The notes under the pieces are model-generated. The model made no database searches. It was not told where the DNA came from and saw only the letters and a list, made by a program, of their open reading frames with translations. From contig NC_087446.1 in the NCBI RefSeq assembly GCF_036321535.1, positions 4,342,001 to 4,406,000 on the forward strand: a stretch of DNA of 64,000 nt, read 5' to 3'. Shown one piece after another: positions 52,071-62,240 of the stretch. This stretch comes from Camelus dromedarius (taxonomy: Eukaryota). Positions within the stretch are counted from its first letter, which is position 1, and each line of letters opens with the position of its first letter. The translations under genes were made by a program, and so were the position numbers.

Positions 52071-53329
52071 TCACTGATCTTGGAAGGTTGCTCTGGCAGG
52101 CCGTGGTTCTGGGGTTCCCTCTCTGCAGGTGGCACCCCAGGATATTCCCATGGTGCTCTGGGGCAGAAAGCAGCCCGTCTTCTTTTCAGCTGGGCTCCAG
52201 TACCAGGTATCATGTTCTGGGGAGGCCTTTGAACGATATGTGAGCAAAACTGACTGCAGAGGGCCTGGGCCCTCAGATGGTCTGGGTCTAGGATGGGGAG
52301 GGCTGAGACAGAGGCATCTCCAGGACACCGAAGTGGGGCCACATTTTCTTAGATCAAGAAAGTGATGTAAATGGTATAAGTGGTCCTAAACTTGGAACTC
52401 TAACACAAGGCAGGTAGCAGCTTCCACTGACCTGCTGTGTGACCCCAGGCAAGGCACTCACCCTCTGATTCTCCCAATCCTCAGCTGAAATGGTGCAAAA
52501 GCAAGAGACCTTGCTTATGGGGGACTGCAAAGCCCCAGGCCTGGCATGAGGCGCACCAGTCCAGGCTCTAGAAGCTGGAGGAGCTTTCCCCTTCACCCTC
52601 TTCCAAAGGCACCAGGGCTCAGCTGGCCCTAGACAGCTGGGGGAGCCCTCGGACAGGGCCCTTGGGTGTCCCAGCCTGCACTGAAGGCACAGCTCCTTCA
52701 TATTTCTCACTCCAGCCGCTCCCTGTCAGGCCTCTGAGTCACCCTTCAGAGGTTCTGATTCATCACAGATGTCGCCCGGTGAATAGGCTGTGACCGGCAG
52801 GCAGCCAGACAGGCGGGGGCTACCTGGCCAGGGCCACAGGCTCCACCCTGCGGCCCAGGCCAGGGCCGGCTTCCCCACAGCTGGGAGCCTCCCCAGAACA
52901 GAATTCAGCCAGATGCTGGAACCCAGCACCAAAGGCTCCTCTTTCCCCCAACTCTGTGGAAACACGAGATGTTGCAATAACAAAGGTGGCTCTGTGAGGC
53001 CAAGCCAAACCATTTATAATATCGGGAGAGGCCGCTCAGCAAAATCAAAGAAGCCTGGAAATCCGACCCAGGCCGAGCAGGCCTGATTTGTGGAACCCCA
53101 GACAACCTGCCTCCCAATGGCTGAGCTAAACCTGAAAGAAGCCAGGGCTGGCCTGAGTCTGCCAGAGCCTCACAATGTCGGAGCCAGAGGGGCCCGACCG
53201 GCAGTGAGCACGGAGCAGGCGGGGAACCTGAGGCCTGGGGCAGCAGAGCCAGGACGTGTCCCATTCCAGGGATCTCTACTTTGCTCCTCCTTCATCGAGG
53301 TCAAGAGCACAGGCCAAGGGCTCGGGCAG

Positions 53330-53450
53330 GGAAGGGACAGACCCAGGGTCAAATCCCAGCTCTACTACTTCCTGGCTGTGTGACTCTGTGCAAGTCACTT
53401 GACCTCTCTGGGCCTGTTTGTCATCTGTCAGAAGGAACACAGAGAAGCAA
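53330..53450 (+). mobile_element. MIR SINE
   Basis: 'gggtcaaatcccagctctactacttcctggctgtgtgactctgtgcaagtcacttgacctctctgggcct'. Confidence 0.8.
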
Positions 53451-53646
53451 CTCCTAGGATGGATTCAGGGAGACCACCCCCATGACACTGTGGGGCACAG
53501 AGCACCCAATAAGTGGGAGCCTTACCTTGGCTTCGGTTAAGACTGTGTTACCTTAGCTGATACCACGTGCCCACCCAGGTAGGGCGGAGAGAGAAGGCAC
53601 ACTTCCTGCCCCAAGTAGCAGTTCCCCGAATTCAAGAGAAGAGGTA

Positions 53647-53806
53647 GGGGAGAAGGCATAGCTCAAGTGGTAGAGCGCATGCTTAGCACGCATGAGGTCC
53701 TGGGTTCAATCCCCAGTGCCTCCTCTGAAAAACAAATAATAAAACCTAATTACCTGCTCCCTGCTAAAGTAATACGATAATACATTAATTAATTAAAAAA
53801 AAAGAG
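53647..53806 (+). mobile_element. tRNA-Ala-derived SINE (camelid Vic-1 type)
   Basis: gggg start; A box tagctcaagtgg 53659-53670; anticodon AGC 53685-53687; B box ggttcaatcc 53703-53712; AT-rich body and A tail; TSD agagaagaggt (53635-53645) / agagaggaggt (53807-53817). Confidence 0.88.
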
Positions 53807-55520
53807 AGAGAGGAGGTGGATCCTCATCCTAGAGGTCGGGGGACTTGCCAGGGCCTTACTGCTGCAAAGCTGAGGCTCCTGTTATGGCCGGGCTGCCTTG
53901 CGCCCCCACCCCAGCCCCCCAGAAGGGCTGCCAGGGAAGAGCACATCGGAGTCCTCGGACTTCTGGCACACGCCTGCCTCTCATGTGCTGTGTGACCTCA
54001 GGTCCATCACACGACCTCTCTGGGCCCCCTTCCTGCAGCTCTGAGATCCGTGCCCTTACTGCTGCGTCCTCCTCCCCACGTGTAAATGGGTGTGGAGGGC
54101 ACGTGGCTCTCTGCATATGCCAATTATCCTGATTATCATTGTTGTTGTTATTATTCCGGACCTGGGGAGTGCTGGGCTGGGTAGAAACAGGCCTCTAGCC
54201 TACCAATTTGCATCATATTATTCTCCTCCTCTGCCGCGCTGGGTTTGAGACACTGGTGAGACTCAGCCTGTGAGGCGCCAGCTGCAGTCAGATCTAAACC
54301 TGGGATAGACGTGGAGGAAGGATCCTGTCACTGTCCATGTAAGCTGATGCCTCGAAGGTTTGGGGTGGGGGTGATTGCCCCGGAGGTACGGGCTGGGTTC
54401 TCTCACGCCCCCCAGAAGAACCTCTCTGGCTTCTGCTGTCCGCCTGTCCACTGTCATCCCGATTCAGAGATGAGGAGACGGGCTTTGGGAGGTGAATCCA
54501 TCCGCCCAAGGCCACCAGCTGGCAGGAGGGGAACCCGGATTCAGGCCCCGTGGCTGTGCAGCCAGGGCTCGCTCATTCACCAGGTCCTCCCGCAACCCCA
54601 GAGCCAGTGTCACAGTGCGTCACCTGTATTCTCAGCTTCCCGCCTACAAAACCGTTACAGTGACAGATTGGGTACCAGCTCCTATCCCGTAGGCTTGTCA
54701 TCAATGAGAACAGAGCCCGGTGCCACCTAAGTGGAGGTTATTTTCAGTGACAGGGTACAGATGAGGAGACTGAGGCTCAAGGAGGTCAAGGACACACTGG
54801 GGTCTCCTGTTTTTCAGGTTTTGGGAGTACAAGTGGGTGTGCCCCACTACCCCCACTCCTGCTCTTCCTTCCTGGTTCCTGCTGCCCTTTTGTGGCAGAC
54901 ACGCTCCCGGGGACCCTGGACCACACAACGGTTCCTGACTCATGGGGACCAGGCAACTCTGAGCCTTGGGGGTTTCCAAGTTTTTGCGTTTCTCTGGATC
55001 GATGCCTGTTGCCTGAATCAGCTGCCCCAAGCAAATAGCAGGACCCTGATGGGAACTGTGTCTTTTCTTCCTCATTTTAAAATTTTTCCAAAAAGGGGAA
55101 TTTGCAACTGTGCATAGAATGTTGGCTGACATCTCCCCAGTATCCACGTAAGCCACTCTGAGGGGGGTGTATTTAAAGAAATAGAGACTTGGGAACGCAT
55201 TGGCGCTGTGCTTGAGAACGGGGAGCCGTGACGATTCGTAACTCACGCCTGATGAGGGAGAAAGGCTACTCTAGGAACAGCACACGTGGGGCAGGGCCAC
55301 TCGTGCAGATGTGAGGACCAGAACACAGAGGGCCTTGAATGCCAAACCAGCAGCTCAGACATCATCCTGAGAAGGTGTAGCCATGGAAGTCTGCAGGCAG
55401 AGTGGTGGCTAAGGCAGGCTGTGCCGTGCACAGACCAGCCCAGGGGTCTGCAGTGGGAGGGATGGGCTGAAAGATCTTGGCCCCAGAAAAATTAATTGAT
55501 TTGCACAAGCGGTTGCCGAG

Positions 55521-56030
55521 TGTACTGGTTTCTCTATTGCCATGTAACAAATTGAGCGGCTTCAAACAGCACCCGTTCATCATCTCGCAGTTCCGTGGGT
55601 CAGATTCAGGGTGGGCTCGGCTAGGTTTCTGCTTAGGGTCTCATGAGGTGGAAATCAAGTAGACAGCCAAGCTGGGCTCTTCTGGGGAGAGTCTGGGGAG
55701 ACACCAACTCTTCAGGGTGCTGGCAGAGTGCAGTCGGTTCCTCGCGGTTGCAGGACTGAGCCCCGTTTCCTTCTGGGTGTTGGTGGGGGCTACTCTCACT
55801 TCCCTGTCCTAAGGCCCCTCCATCTGAGCACGGGCCTCCCCAGTGTCCAATCTCCCCTTTTGCTGGCATCTCTGAGTCTTCCTTTCCTGCTGCCAGCCGG
55901 AGAATGCTCTCTGCGTTTAAAGAGCTTGCGTGATTAGGTTAGGCACACCAGATAACCTCCCGATCTTATTCATCAACTGATTAAGAACCTTAATTACAAC
56001 TGGAAAACCTCTTTTGCCACAGTGGAGTAA
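55521..56030 (-). mobile_element. MaLR MLT1E-like solo LTR
   Basis: 'tgtactggtttctctattgccatgtaacaaatt...gcggcttcaaacagcaccc...tgcttagggtctca...ttcctcgcggttgcaggactgag...ccttaattaca'. Confidence 0.8.
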
Positions 56031-57598
56031 CACTGGGGGGGTAAGGGGATGGGGCCCTTTTGGAACTGGGTCTGCCAATGTTTTGATGCAGACAGAAGCC
56101 CTATTTTCTCTTGGCTTCAGGGGCTGTGAATGGTTCTGCCAGGCCTTCTGCTAGGGCCAGAGTAGAAACTGTGTCACATCTTGTGGCCAGGAGGGAGGCT
56201 GGCAGGAGTCCAGAGGAGGCCCTAGTGAGTTTATGGCCCCTGGCCCAGCACACACTCGTGTCAGTGCAGTGTGTCTGGCCTCAGGGAGGCTTTTTGACCA
56301 GACAACCTGCTCACCCCATCTGGTCTCCCAAATCTCCAGGACAACCAGGAGCCACAGCAGTTGCTTCTACACACTGAGCACCTACTATGCACCTGGCTCG
56401 GAGCAGTCGAGATTCACAGTCTCTTACAGAAGAGCCAGCTGAGGCTGAGGGCTTGGCTCAGGCCACCATAGGGGTCAGCTCAGCACTCCAGCTCCAGAGC
56501 CACAGTGCCTAAACCCTGGGCTATCCTGTTGCCCACGTTATCCAGCCCTGCAGCCACCAGGAGGCTGTGGCTCCCCTGTCACACGTGGGTACCACGGCCA
56601 GCTGGGAGAGTGGGAGCAGTGGGGGCATAAGGATGGCCGTGAGCTAACAGGTCTTGTGTCTCGGCGGGGCAGGGCTGGGCAGCAGAGGCTGGCTGGCGGG
56701 GCAGGCTCCTCCAGGGGCCTGGGGCCCAGTCTCCCCTGCTCAGGGCTTGTCTCCTCCCAGGTAAACAGGGTGGGCTTGATGCCTTCCGGTAGCAGCGGAC
56801 TGCAGCCTGGGGACTTCAGTCCCTTTGGATTGAGAAGGAAAGAGGCTCCAAAAGGTGGCCTGGCCACATCCTCCGTGGGTGACTTGGGGAGGGCGTGGAG
56901 TCTTCAAACCTCCCAGCGTACAACTTCCTTATGTCTTGAATTTGGGAAATGGGGGTTTGGGGTGGGAATCCTAAGGTCTTGGAGAGGGAGAAGGAGGAAC
57001 TGGAGGGGCTCCTTGGGAGGGTGGGGGGCTGCTCCCCAAGGGAGGTGGGGGATGAAGATGCCGAGGCTGGATGTCCACTGGACCTTGGCTGCCCCCAACT
57101 TCTAATTAAACGGCAGCAATTCTGATGTGGCAGGTGATCTTCTCGGCAAGCCTGGCTTTAAATTTAGCTCCCTCCCCAGCCAGCCCTTTGAAAAGGCTGC
57201 TCTCCTCTGCGGAGAGAGCAGGGAGCAGAGGGAGAGAGGGTGAGTCATCGCCGCCCGCCTGCCCCCCCCTCCCCGGAGCTTCGCGTTTGCGGGGGAGCAG
57301 GCCTCCCGAAGGCAGAGAAATAGTAAATAGGGACAGGATTAAAGGAGCCGGAGAGGGTGGAGGGAGCACGCGGCAGACTCCCAGGATTCACGATTCCCAG
57401 GAGGTGCTTAGCAATGGGGGTCACGTCTCCCTCGTGGTCTGGGTACTCACCTGCCCACACACCCAGCCCCGGCACCTCTCCCCCAGCCCCGCCCAGGGTG
57501 GAGACACACACGTTTGCGGGGCGGGCTCCACGCTGGGCTCACCTCCAGCTCCCAGCGGCTCCAGGAGGCTGCCCGGTCCTGCTCCCACTGGTGCACAC

Positions 57599-58090
57599 AG
57601 TGCGGAGGACTGAGAATGCTCCCCCGCCCCCAAAGATAGCCTTATATTCCTAACCCCTGCAACCTGGGGATGGCACCTTACATGGCAAGGAGGAAGGAGC
57701 TTCACAGATGTGATTAAGGGAAGGATCTTGAGATGGGAGATTATTCTGTATTATCTGTGGGCCCAAAACGCCATTACAGGTGTCCTTCTGAGAGGGAGCA
57801 GAGGGGCTCTGACACTCAGGGGAGCAGGCCACATGAAGACGGGGCAGAAAGAGGTGGGGGGGGTGCCGGCTTAGAAGGCTGGCGTGTTGCGGGCACAAGC
57901 CAAGGATGCAGGCAGCCTCCGGGAGCTGGAAGAAGTCTCCCCTAGGACCTCCAAGGAGGCAGCCCTGCCCGTGCCTTCAGCCCAGCAAAACTGATGTTTG
58001 GATTTCTGGCCTCAGATCTGGAAGAGAATAAATATGTGTTGTTTTAAGGCACTCAGTCTGTGAATATTGGTTATGGAGGTTACAGGAACG
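57599..58090 (+). mobile_element. MaLR MLT1D-like solo LTR
   Basis: 'ttacatggcaa...cagatgtgattaagg...gatcttgagatgggagattatt...aagccaaggatgcaggcagcctc...agaataaat...tgttgttttaagg'. Confidence 0.85.
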
Positions 58091-58289
58091 CAGAGCCCAG
58101 GAACTGGGAGAAGTGAACTCACCCCCCATTACACAGCTGGTGAGTGGCCCAGCTGAGATTCCACCCAGGTCCAACCGGTTCCAAAGCCCGTGCATCCTCT
58201 GGCCAGCTCTGTGAGCTCCTGGGGGGACAGCAGGGATGCTGATGCGGATCAAGGCACTGGTGTATTTGGGATAATCGGCAGGACCGCTT

Positions 58290-58400
58290 CCTATCTGATA
58301 CAGCCCCTCATTGAATCCTCATGTGACTTTGTGACGGGTGCAAACATTTCCATTTTGCAGATGAGGCAACTGAGGCTCAGGGAGGCAATGTGGCTTTGTG
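58290..58400 (-). mobile_element. MIR SINE
   Basis: 'tgaatcctca...ccattttgcagatgaggcaactgaggctcagggagg'. Confidence 0.75.
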
Positions 58401-59169
58401 CAAGGTGGGGGAGCCTGACTATACGAAGGGAAGGTGCAGGGCCCTGGCAGCACGGTGAGGGCAGCCCAGCACTCAGCAGGTGTGTAACAGAGGCTTCAAG
58501 AGTACATGTAGGGGCCAACTAGGGGAACCCACAGGCGGGACGTAGCTGGAGCTGGCTGCAGGAGCGTCCTGAATGCCAGGAAGGGGGATCCTATAGAAAA
58601 TCGGAATTTGTGGAGGTTTAACATCCCATGTGGTGACCCAACCAGGCTGTAAGCTTGTCTGGGTGTCTCATCTCTGGGTGTCCAGCGCCAGACCCAGACC
58701 TGGGACAAACACAGAGCCCTGCTCGGTGATGCAAATGCTGGGAAAGAGGGACTCTGCCGAATACGAGGCTTTTCAGCGCGCCCTGAAAGTGTCACACATG
58801 GAGACACAGACACACCGCATACGCACATGCTTTACACACACACCCCTCACACACACCATATAGCTGTGATGATGTCCAGGACGCAGCCTTCGCCTGCTGG
58901 GAGCTCAAAGGATAGTCCCCTCTCAACCCAAGTCCTGCTCACCTCCCGCACTGGACCCTTCAGCCTGTTTCTTAGCCTCTCTGGTCCTTGTTTTCCATCA
59001 TCCCATGGAATTGTCTCCCCTCTGGGAGGGTTTGCAGGAGCTGGGCAAAGTGCTTCGAGTACCCTGCCTCAGTTAGTCTTCACAGCACCCCTTGAGGAAG
59101 ACGCTGCTGTGACCTCTTTAGGGAAGGAAACTGGCCAGGTGGGGAAACTGGGCTTGGAAGCCGGGGGTG

Positions 59170-59350
59170 AGGGGACTCTGGGCTGGAGCCTGGTTCCATC
59201 CCCCCACAGCTGTGTGGCTCAGGGTAAGCGCCCTAACTTCTCTACGCCTCAGCTCATCTGCAAAACAGGGAAGACACGGCCCAGCGCTGTGGGAGGAAGA
59301 AGTAAAGTAAAGTGTGTGAAGGTCTCCGCTCAGTTCCTGGGGAGGTTCAA
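59170..59350 (+). mobile_element. MIR SINE
   Basis: 'gctgtgtggctcagggtaag...taacttctctacgcctcagctcatctgcaaaacaggg'. Confidence 0.65.
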
Positions 59351-60076
59351 GCAGCGCCTGTAAAGATGCAGCCAGACCCAATGGCATGGGAGTGGCTGAC
59401 TTCCAGGGCACTCAAAGTCGCTCCCCTCCCCAGACAACCAAGTGATAACCACCCTCACCCTCGTTCCTCTGCGGGGTCCTTGAAGAGGATGCAACGTCCT
59501 CATACATAATCTCCACCAGCAGAGGTCACTGGGTCAGGGACAGGTGTCGGGGAAGCTGGGGAAGCAGGCTTACTGAGGTTGGCTGCAGCACAGCATCGTC
59601 CTGCAGGTGAGGGGTGAAGTGGGGGGGGGGATCGGGGACTGCTAGGGGCGAGGGATGGAGAGAAGGGGGACTGGAAAAGGAGAGGGGAGCCCACGCAGCC
59701 GTCAAGGCAGCCAGGGAAGCTGGGTTTTTCCCACTGGAAACTGGACGGAGGATCTTGTTTGATGTAGAGGATTCTCCGCCCCAGTCTAATGCTGCCGCTG
59801 ACCACCTCCTACAGGGGCTGGGCAGGAGGAATGTCTTGCTTAACACCCGCCGCCGGGGGAAGGAGCACTGCAGGTGGGGCCCTCCAGTGGCAGGCAGCCT
59901 GCAGGAGGGGCTGCGAGGACAGGAGGCCACCTGGCAGAAGGGGCTCTGGTGTTCCCACAGGGAGGAGTTGGGGGAGCCCCCGGAGTTGGGCCTAGGGGAG
60001 CGCGGGGAGCAGCCAGGAGGAGGCAGGTGAGTGTGTGCGGTGGGGTTGGGGGGATGGAGAACTGGAGACCTGGTGC

Positions 60077-60365
60077 AGGGAGGAGGAGAGAAAGGAGAGA
60101 GGGAAAGAGGGAGGAAGGAATAGAAGGAAGAAGGGAAAACAGGAGAGAAGGAAAAAGAAAGGAAAAGTAGGAAGAAAGGAAAGAAGTGGAGGGGGGAAGG
60201 AGGAAAGGAAAAAGGGAGAGTGAGAAGAAAGAACGAACCGCAAAAGAAAGGAAGAAGGAGGCTGCAAAAGGGAAAAAACGAAGAGACACACGAATGGGGA
60301 GAGAGCGCGCAGGAGGGGAGGAAGAGAGATTGCGAAAGAAAAAATGAGAAGAGGAGAGAGAGAGC
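60077..60365 (+). repeat. Polypurine (GA-rich) tract
   Basis: 60077-60233 has only 5 pyrimidines in 157 nt; purine bias continues to (GA)n at ~60354-60364. Confidence 0.9.
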
Positions 60366-60540
60366 GCGAGCAAGCGAGCGAGCCGCGGGCGCCGGGGAGG
60401 GGAGTGCGGCGCGCGGCGGCGGCGGCGAGGGCAGGACGGCCGGGCGCCGCGAGCGGGGAGAGGGGGCAGCAGAGGGCGAGCGGCGAGCGGCAAAGAGTGA
60501 AGTGGGCACGGCGGCGGCGGCGAGCGCGGGGCCGGCGAGC

Positions 60541-60636
60541 ATGAGCGCGGCGGCGGCGGCGGCGGCGGCGGCAGCGGCGGGCGCGGAGCGGGGCTCGGGG
60601 CCGGCGGGCGGGCGGGCGGCGCGGGCCGCCCAGTAG
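60541..60636 (+). other. Putative upstream ORF, 31 aa, poly-Ala (MSA11GAERGSGPAGGRAARAAQ)
   Basis: ATG at 60541 with A at -3 (gcgagcATGa); (GCG)8GCA(GCG)2 in frame; TAG at 60634-60636. Only relevant if the TSS is upstream of 60541. Confidence 0.4.
60547..60579 (+). repeat. (GCG)8 GCA (GCG)2 trinucleotide repeat
   Basis: direct read. Confidence 0.95.
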
Positions 60637-60811
60637 CGCCGGGCGGGCGGCAGGGCGGGCCGGCAGGGTAGGCGGCCGGCGGCCGGTCCGCGAGCCGGAG
60701 CCCCAGCCCGATCCCGCGCCCCGCGCGCCTAGGAGCGGGCGCCCTCCCGGCGCCGGCCCCGGAGCCCCGAGTCCCCGCGGCCCCGCAGCCCCCGGAGTCG
60801 GGACAACTGTT

Positions 60812-60841
<30 letters not shown>
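60812..60841 (+). repeat. (GCG)10 pure trinucleotide repeat
   Basis: direct read, uninterrupted. Confidence 0.95.
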
Positions 60842-60842
<1 letters not shown>

Positions 60843-61671
60843 GGGCACCGCGGGGGCGTGGGCGGCCCCGCGCCCCAGCAGCCGGCTCAGCCCCGCGGGC
60901 GCCGGCTCCCGGCGGCGGAGCGAGGAGCGAGCGGGCGGCGGGCACGAGGTGAGCGGCGCCCCGGGCAGGCCGGGCGGGGGTCGCGCGGGGGAGGGGCGCG
61001 CCGGGCCGGGGTCCGAGAGCCGGGGGAGCGGGGTCGGGGCGGAGCTCCTGGCGGAGGAGGGTCCCGGCGAGCGGGGGGCGGGTCTTCGGTGCCCTGGCTC
61101 CCGAGAAGGGGTGCGGATGCCCGGGGCGGGGAGGGGTGGGCGCCCTGGGAGAGGCGAGTTCGGTGCATCGGGGGTCCGGGGTGCTGTAGAAAGGGTCCGG
61201 GGACGCCCAAGGAAAGTCTGGGGACAGGAGCCGTGTCGGGCAGCCGGTGCCCTGGCACTGGGGTCCGCGCCAGGGCTCACCAAGGTCGGGGTCGCTGAAC
61301 CTTGGAGAGGACGGGCCCGGGTCCGAGGAGCAGTCTAGGGCGCATCGTGCAGGGACGCGGCAGCTGAGACCCGCATCCGCGTCCGAGGCGGGGACCGGTG
61401 CCCGAAGGCTCCTCCGGGCGCGGAGCGAGCCGGGAGCCCCAGGCGCGCCGGGCAAGGTTCCGGAGCCACGCTGCGGACCCGGCCGGTTCTGGAGCTCCCA
61501 ACTGGGCGGCGCGGACAATGAGGAAGGCCCCTCCAAGTGCGCGCCCCTCACTACCCACCCGCCGCGTGGCCCCTGTGGAGCCGCCGCCGCCTTCTGGGGC
61601 CGAATCAATATTGATCCGCGCCTGGGGCCGGGTGGCCCGGCGGCGGCCTCCGAAGCTCATTAGCGCCAGCG

Positions 61672-61685
61672 GTTGCCATGGCAAT
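61672..61685. promoter_or_regulatory. RFX X-box motif
   Basis: GTTGCCATGGCAAT, 13/14 match to the palindromic X-box GTTGCCATGGCAAC. Confidence 0.6.
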
Positions 61686-62109
61686 GAGACCCCAAGCGTC
61701 TTAAGGTTATATTTATTCTAATTATTATTATCATTATTCTTATTAGTATTTGTTACTCAGCCAGAAGAAACCAGAAATGAGGAAAAGGCAGAGTGTCCTG
61801 GCACCTCCAACTGTCATCTCTTTGGAGAGAGCCGGTGCCCGCTGGTGGGCCAAGCCGGCCAGCCTAGGTCTGGTGCGCTGTGCGGTTGCCCGGGCCGCAC
61901 CTCTGGGGCGGTGGGGCTGGAGAGGGGAGTTATATAATCTGCCGTGGGAGTATGTCTGAATGCCTCTTCTTGTCTATCCTGCCTCTCTCGGCCTCTTTGA
62001 TCCCTTGGCTCAGTGACTGCTCCTCCTGCCCAGGGAAGCCCAGGCTGGGATGGGAACAGCAGAAAGTGCCTTGCACCGGGAATCACAGCTGGCGGCCTCC
62101 AGCCCTCTC

Positions 62110-62240
62110 TCCCCGAGCTGTGTGACCTTGAGCAAGGTGCTTGACCTCTCTGAGCCTCTGTTTCCCCATCTGTAAAGTAACACGAGAGTCATTCCCACTC
62201 TGAAGGTTGCTGTGAGGTCACACTGAGAAAGCCCAATGAG
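62110..62240 (+). mobile_element. MIR SINE
   Basis: 'gctgtgtgaccttgagcaaggtgcttgacctctctgagcctctgtttccccatctgtaaa...ggttgctgtgagg'. Confidence 0.85.

Larger units (their letters stand above)
60350..60948 (+). other. Putative first (5'UTR) exon of a gene extending beyond the window; TSS position uncertain
   Basis: lies in the CpG island; 5' splice donor GAG|GTGAGC at 60948|60949 followed by G-run-rich intron-like sequence; no AUG-initiated frame reaches the donor. Confidence 0.65.
60290..61700. promoter_or_regulatory. CpG island promoter
   Basis: ~1.4 kb of very high GC with undepleted CpG, GC boxes and GCG repeats; sharp AT-rich border at ~61700. Confidence 0.93.

Noticed and set aside
53652..53724. 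Bona fide tRNA-Ala gene
   Set aside because: Extra 5' gggga, SINE body, A tail and TSD; no oligo-T terminator directly downstream.
59526..60542. 338-aa minus-strand ORF that looks hydrophobic
   Set aside because: The F/L/S/P stretch is the translation of the complement of the purine tract, not a membrane domain.
60810..61298. Poly-Arg ORF from CTG/TTG just before (CGG)n
   Set aside because: Near-cognate starts with a pyrimidine at -3; runs through the splice donor; no support beyond composition.
59992..61608. 538-aa minus-strand ORF and other long ORFs over the CpG island
   Set aside because: Pro/Ala/Arg/Gly-rich then Phe/Leu/Ser low-complexity translation; stop codons are simply rare in GC-rich and polypyrimidine DNA; several frames are open at once; non-ATG start.
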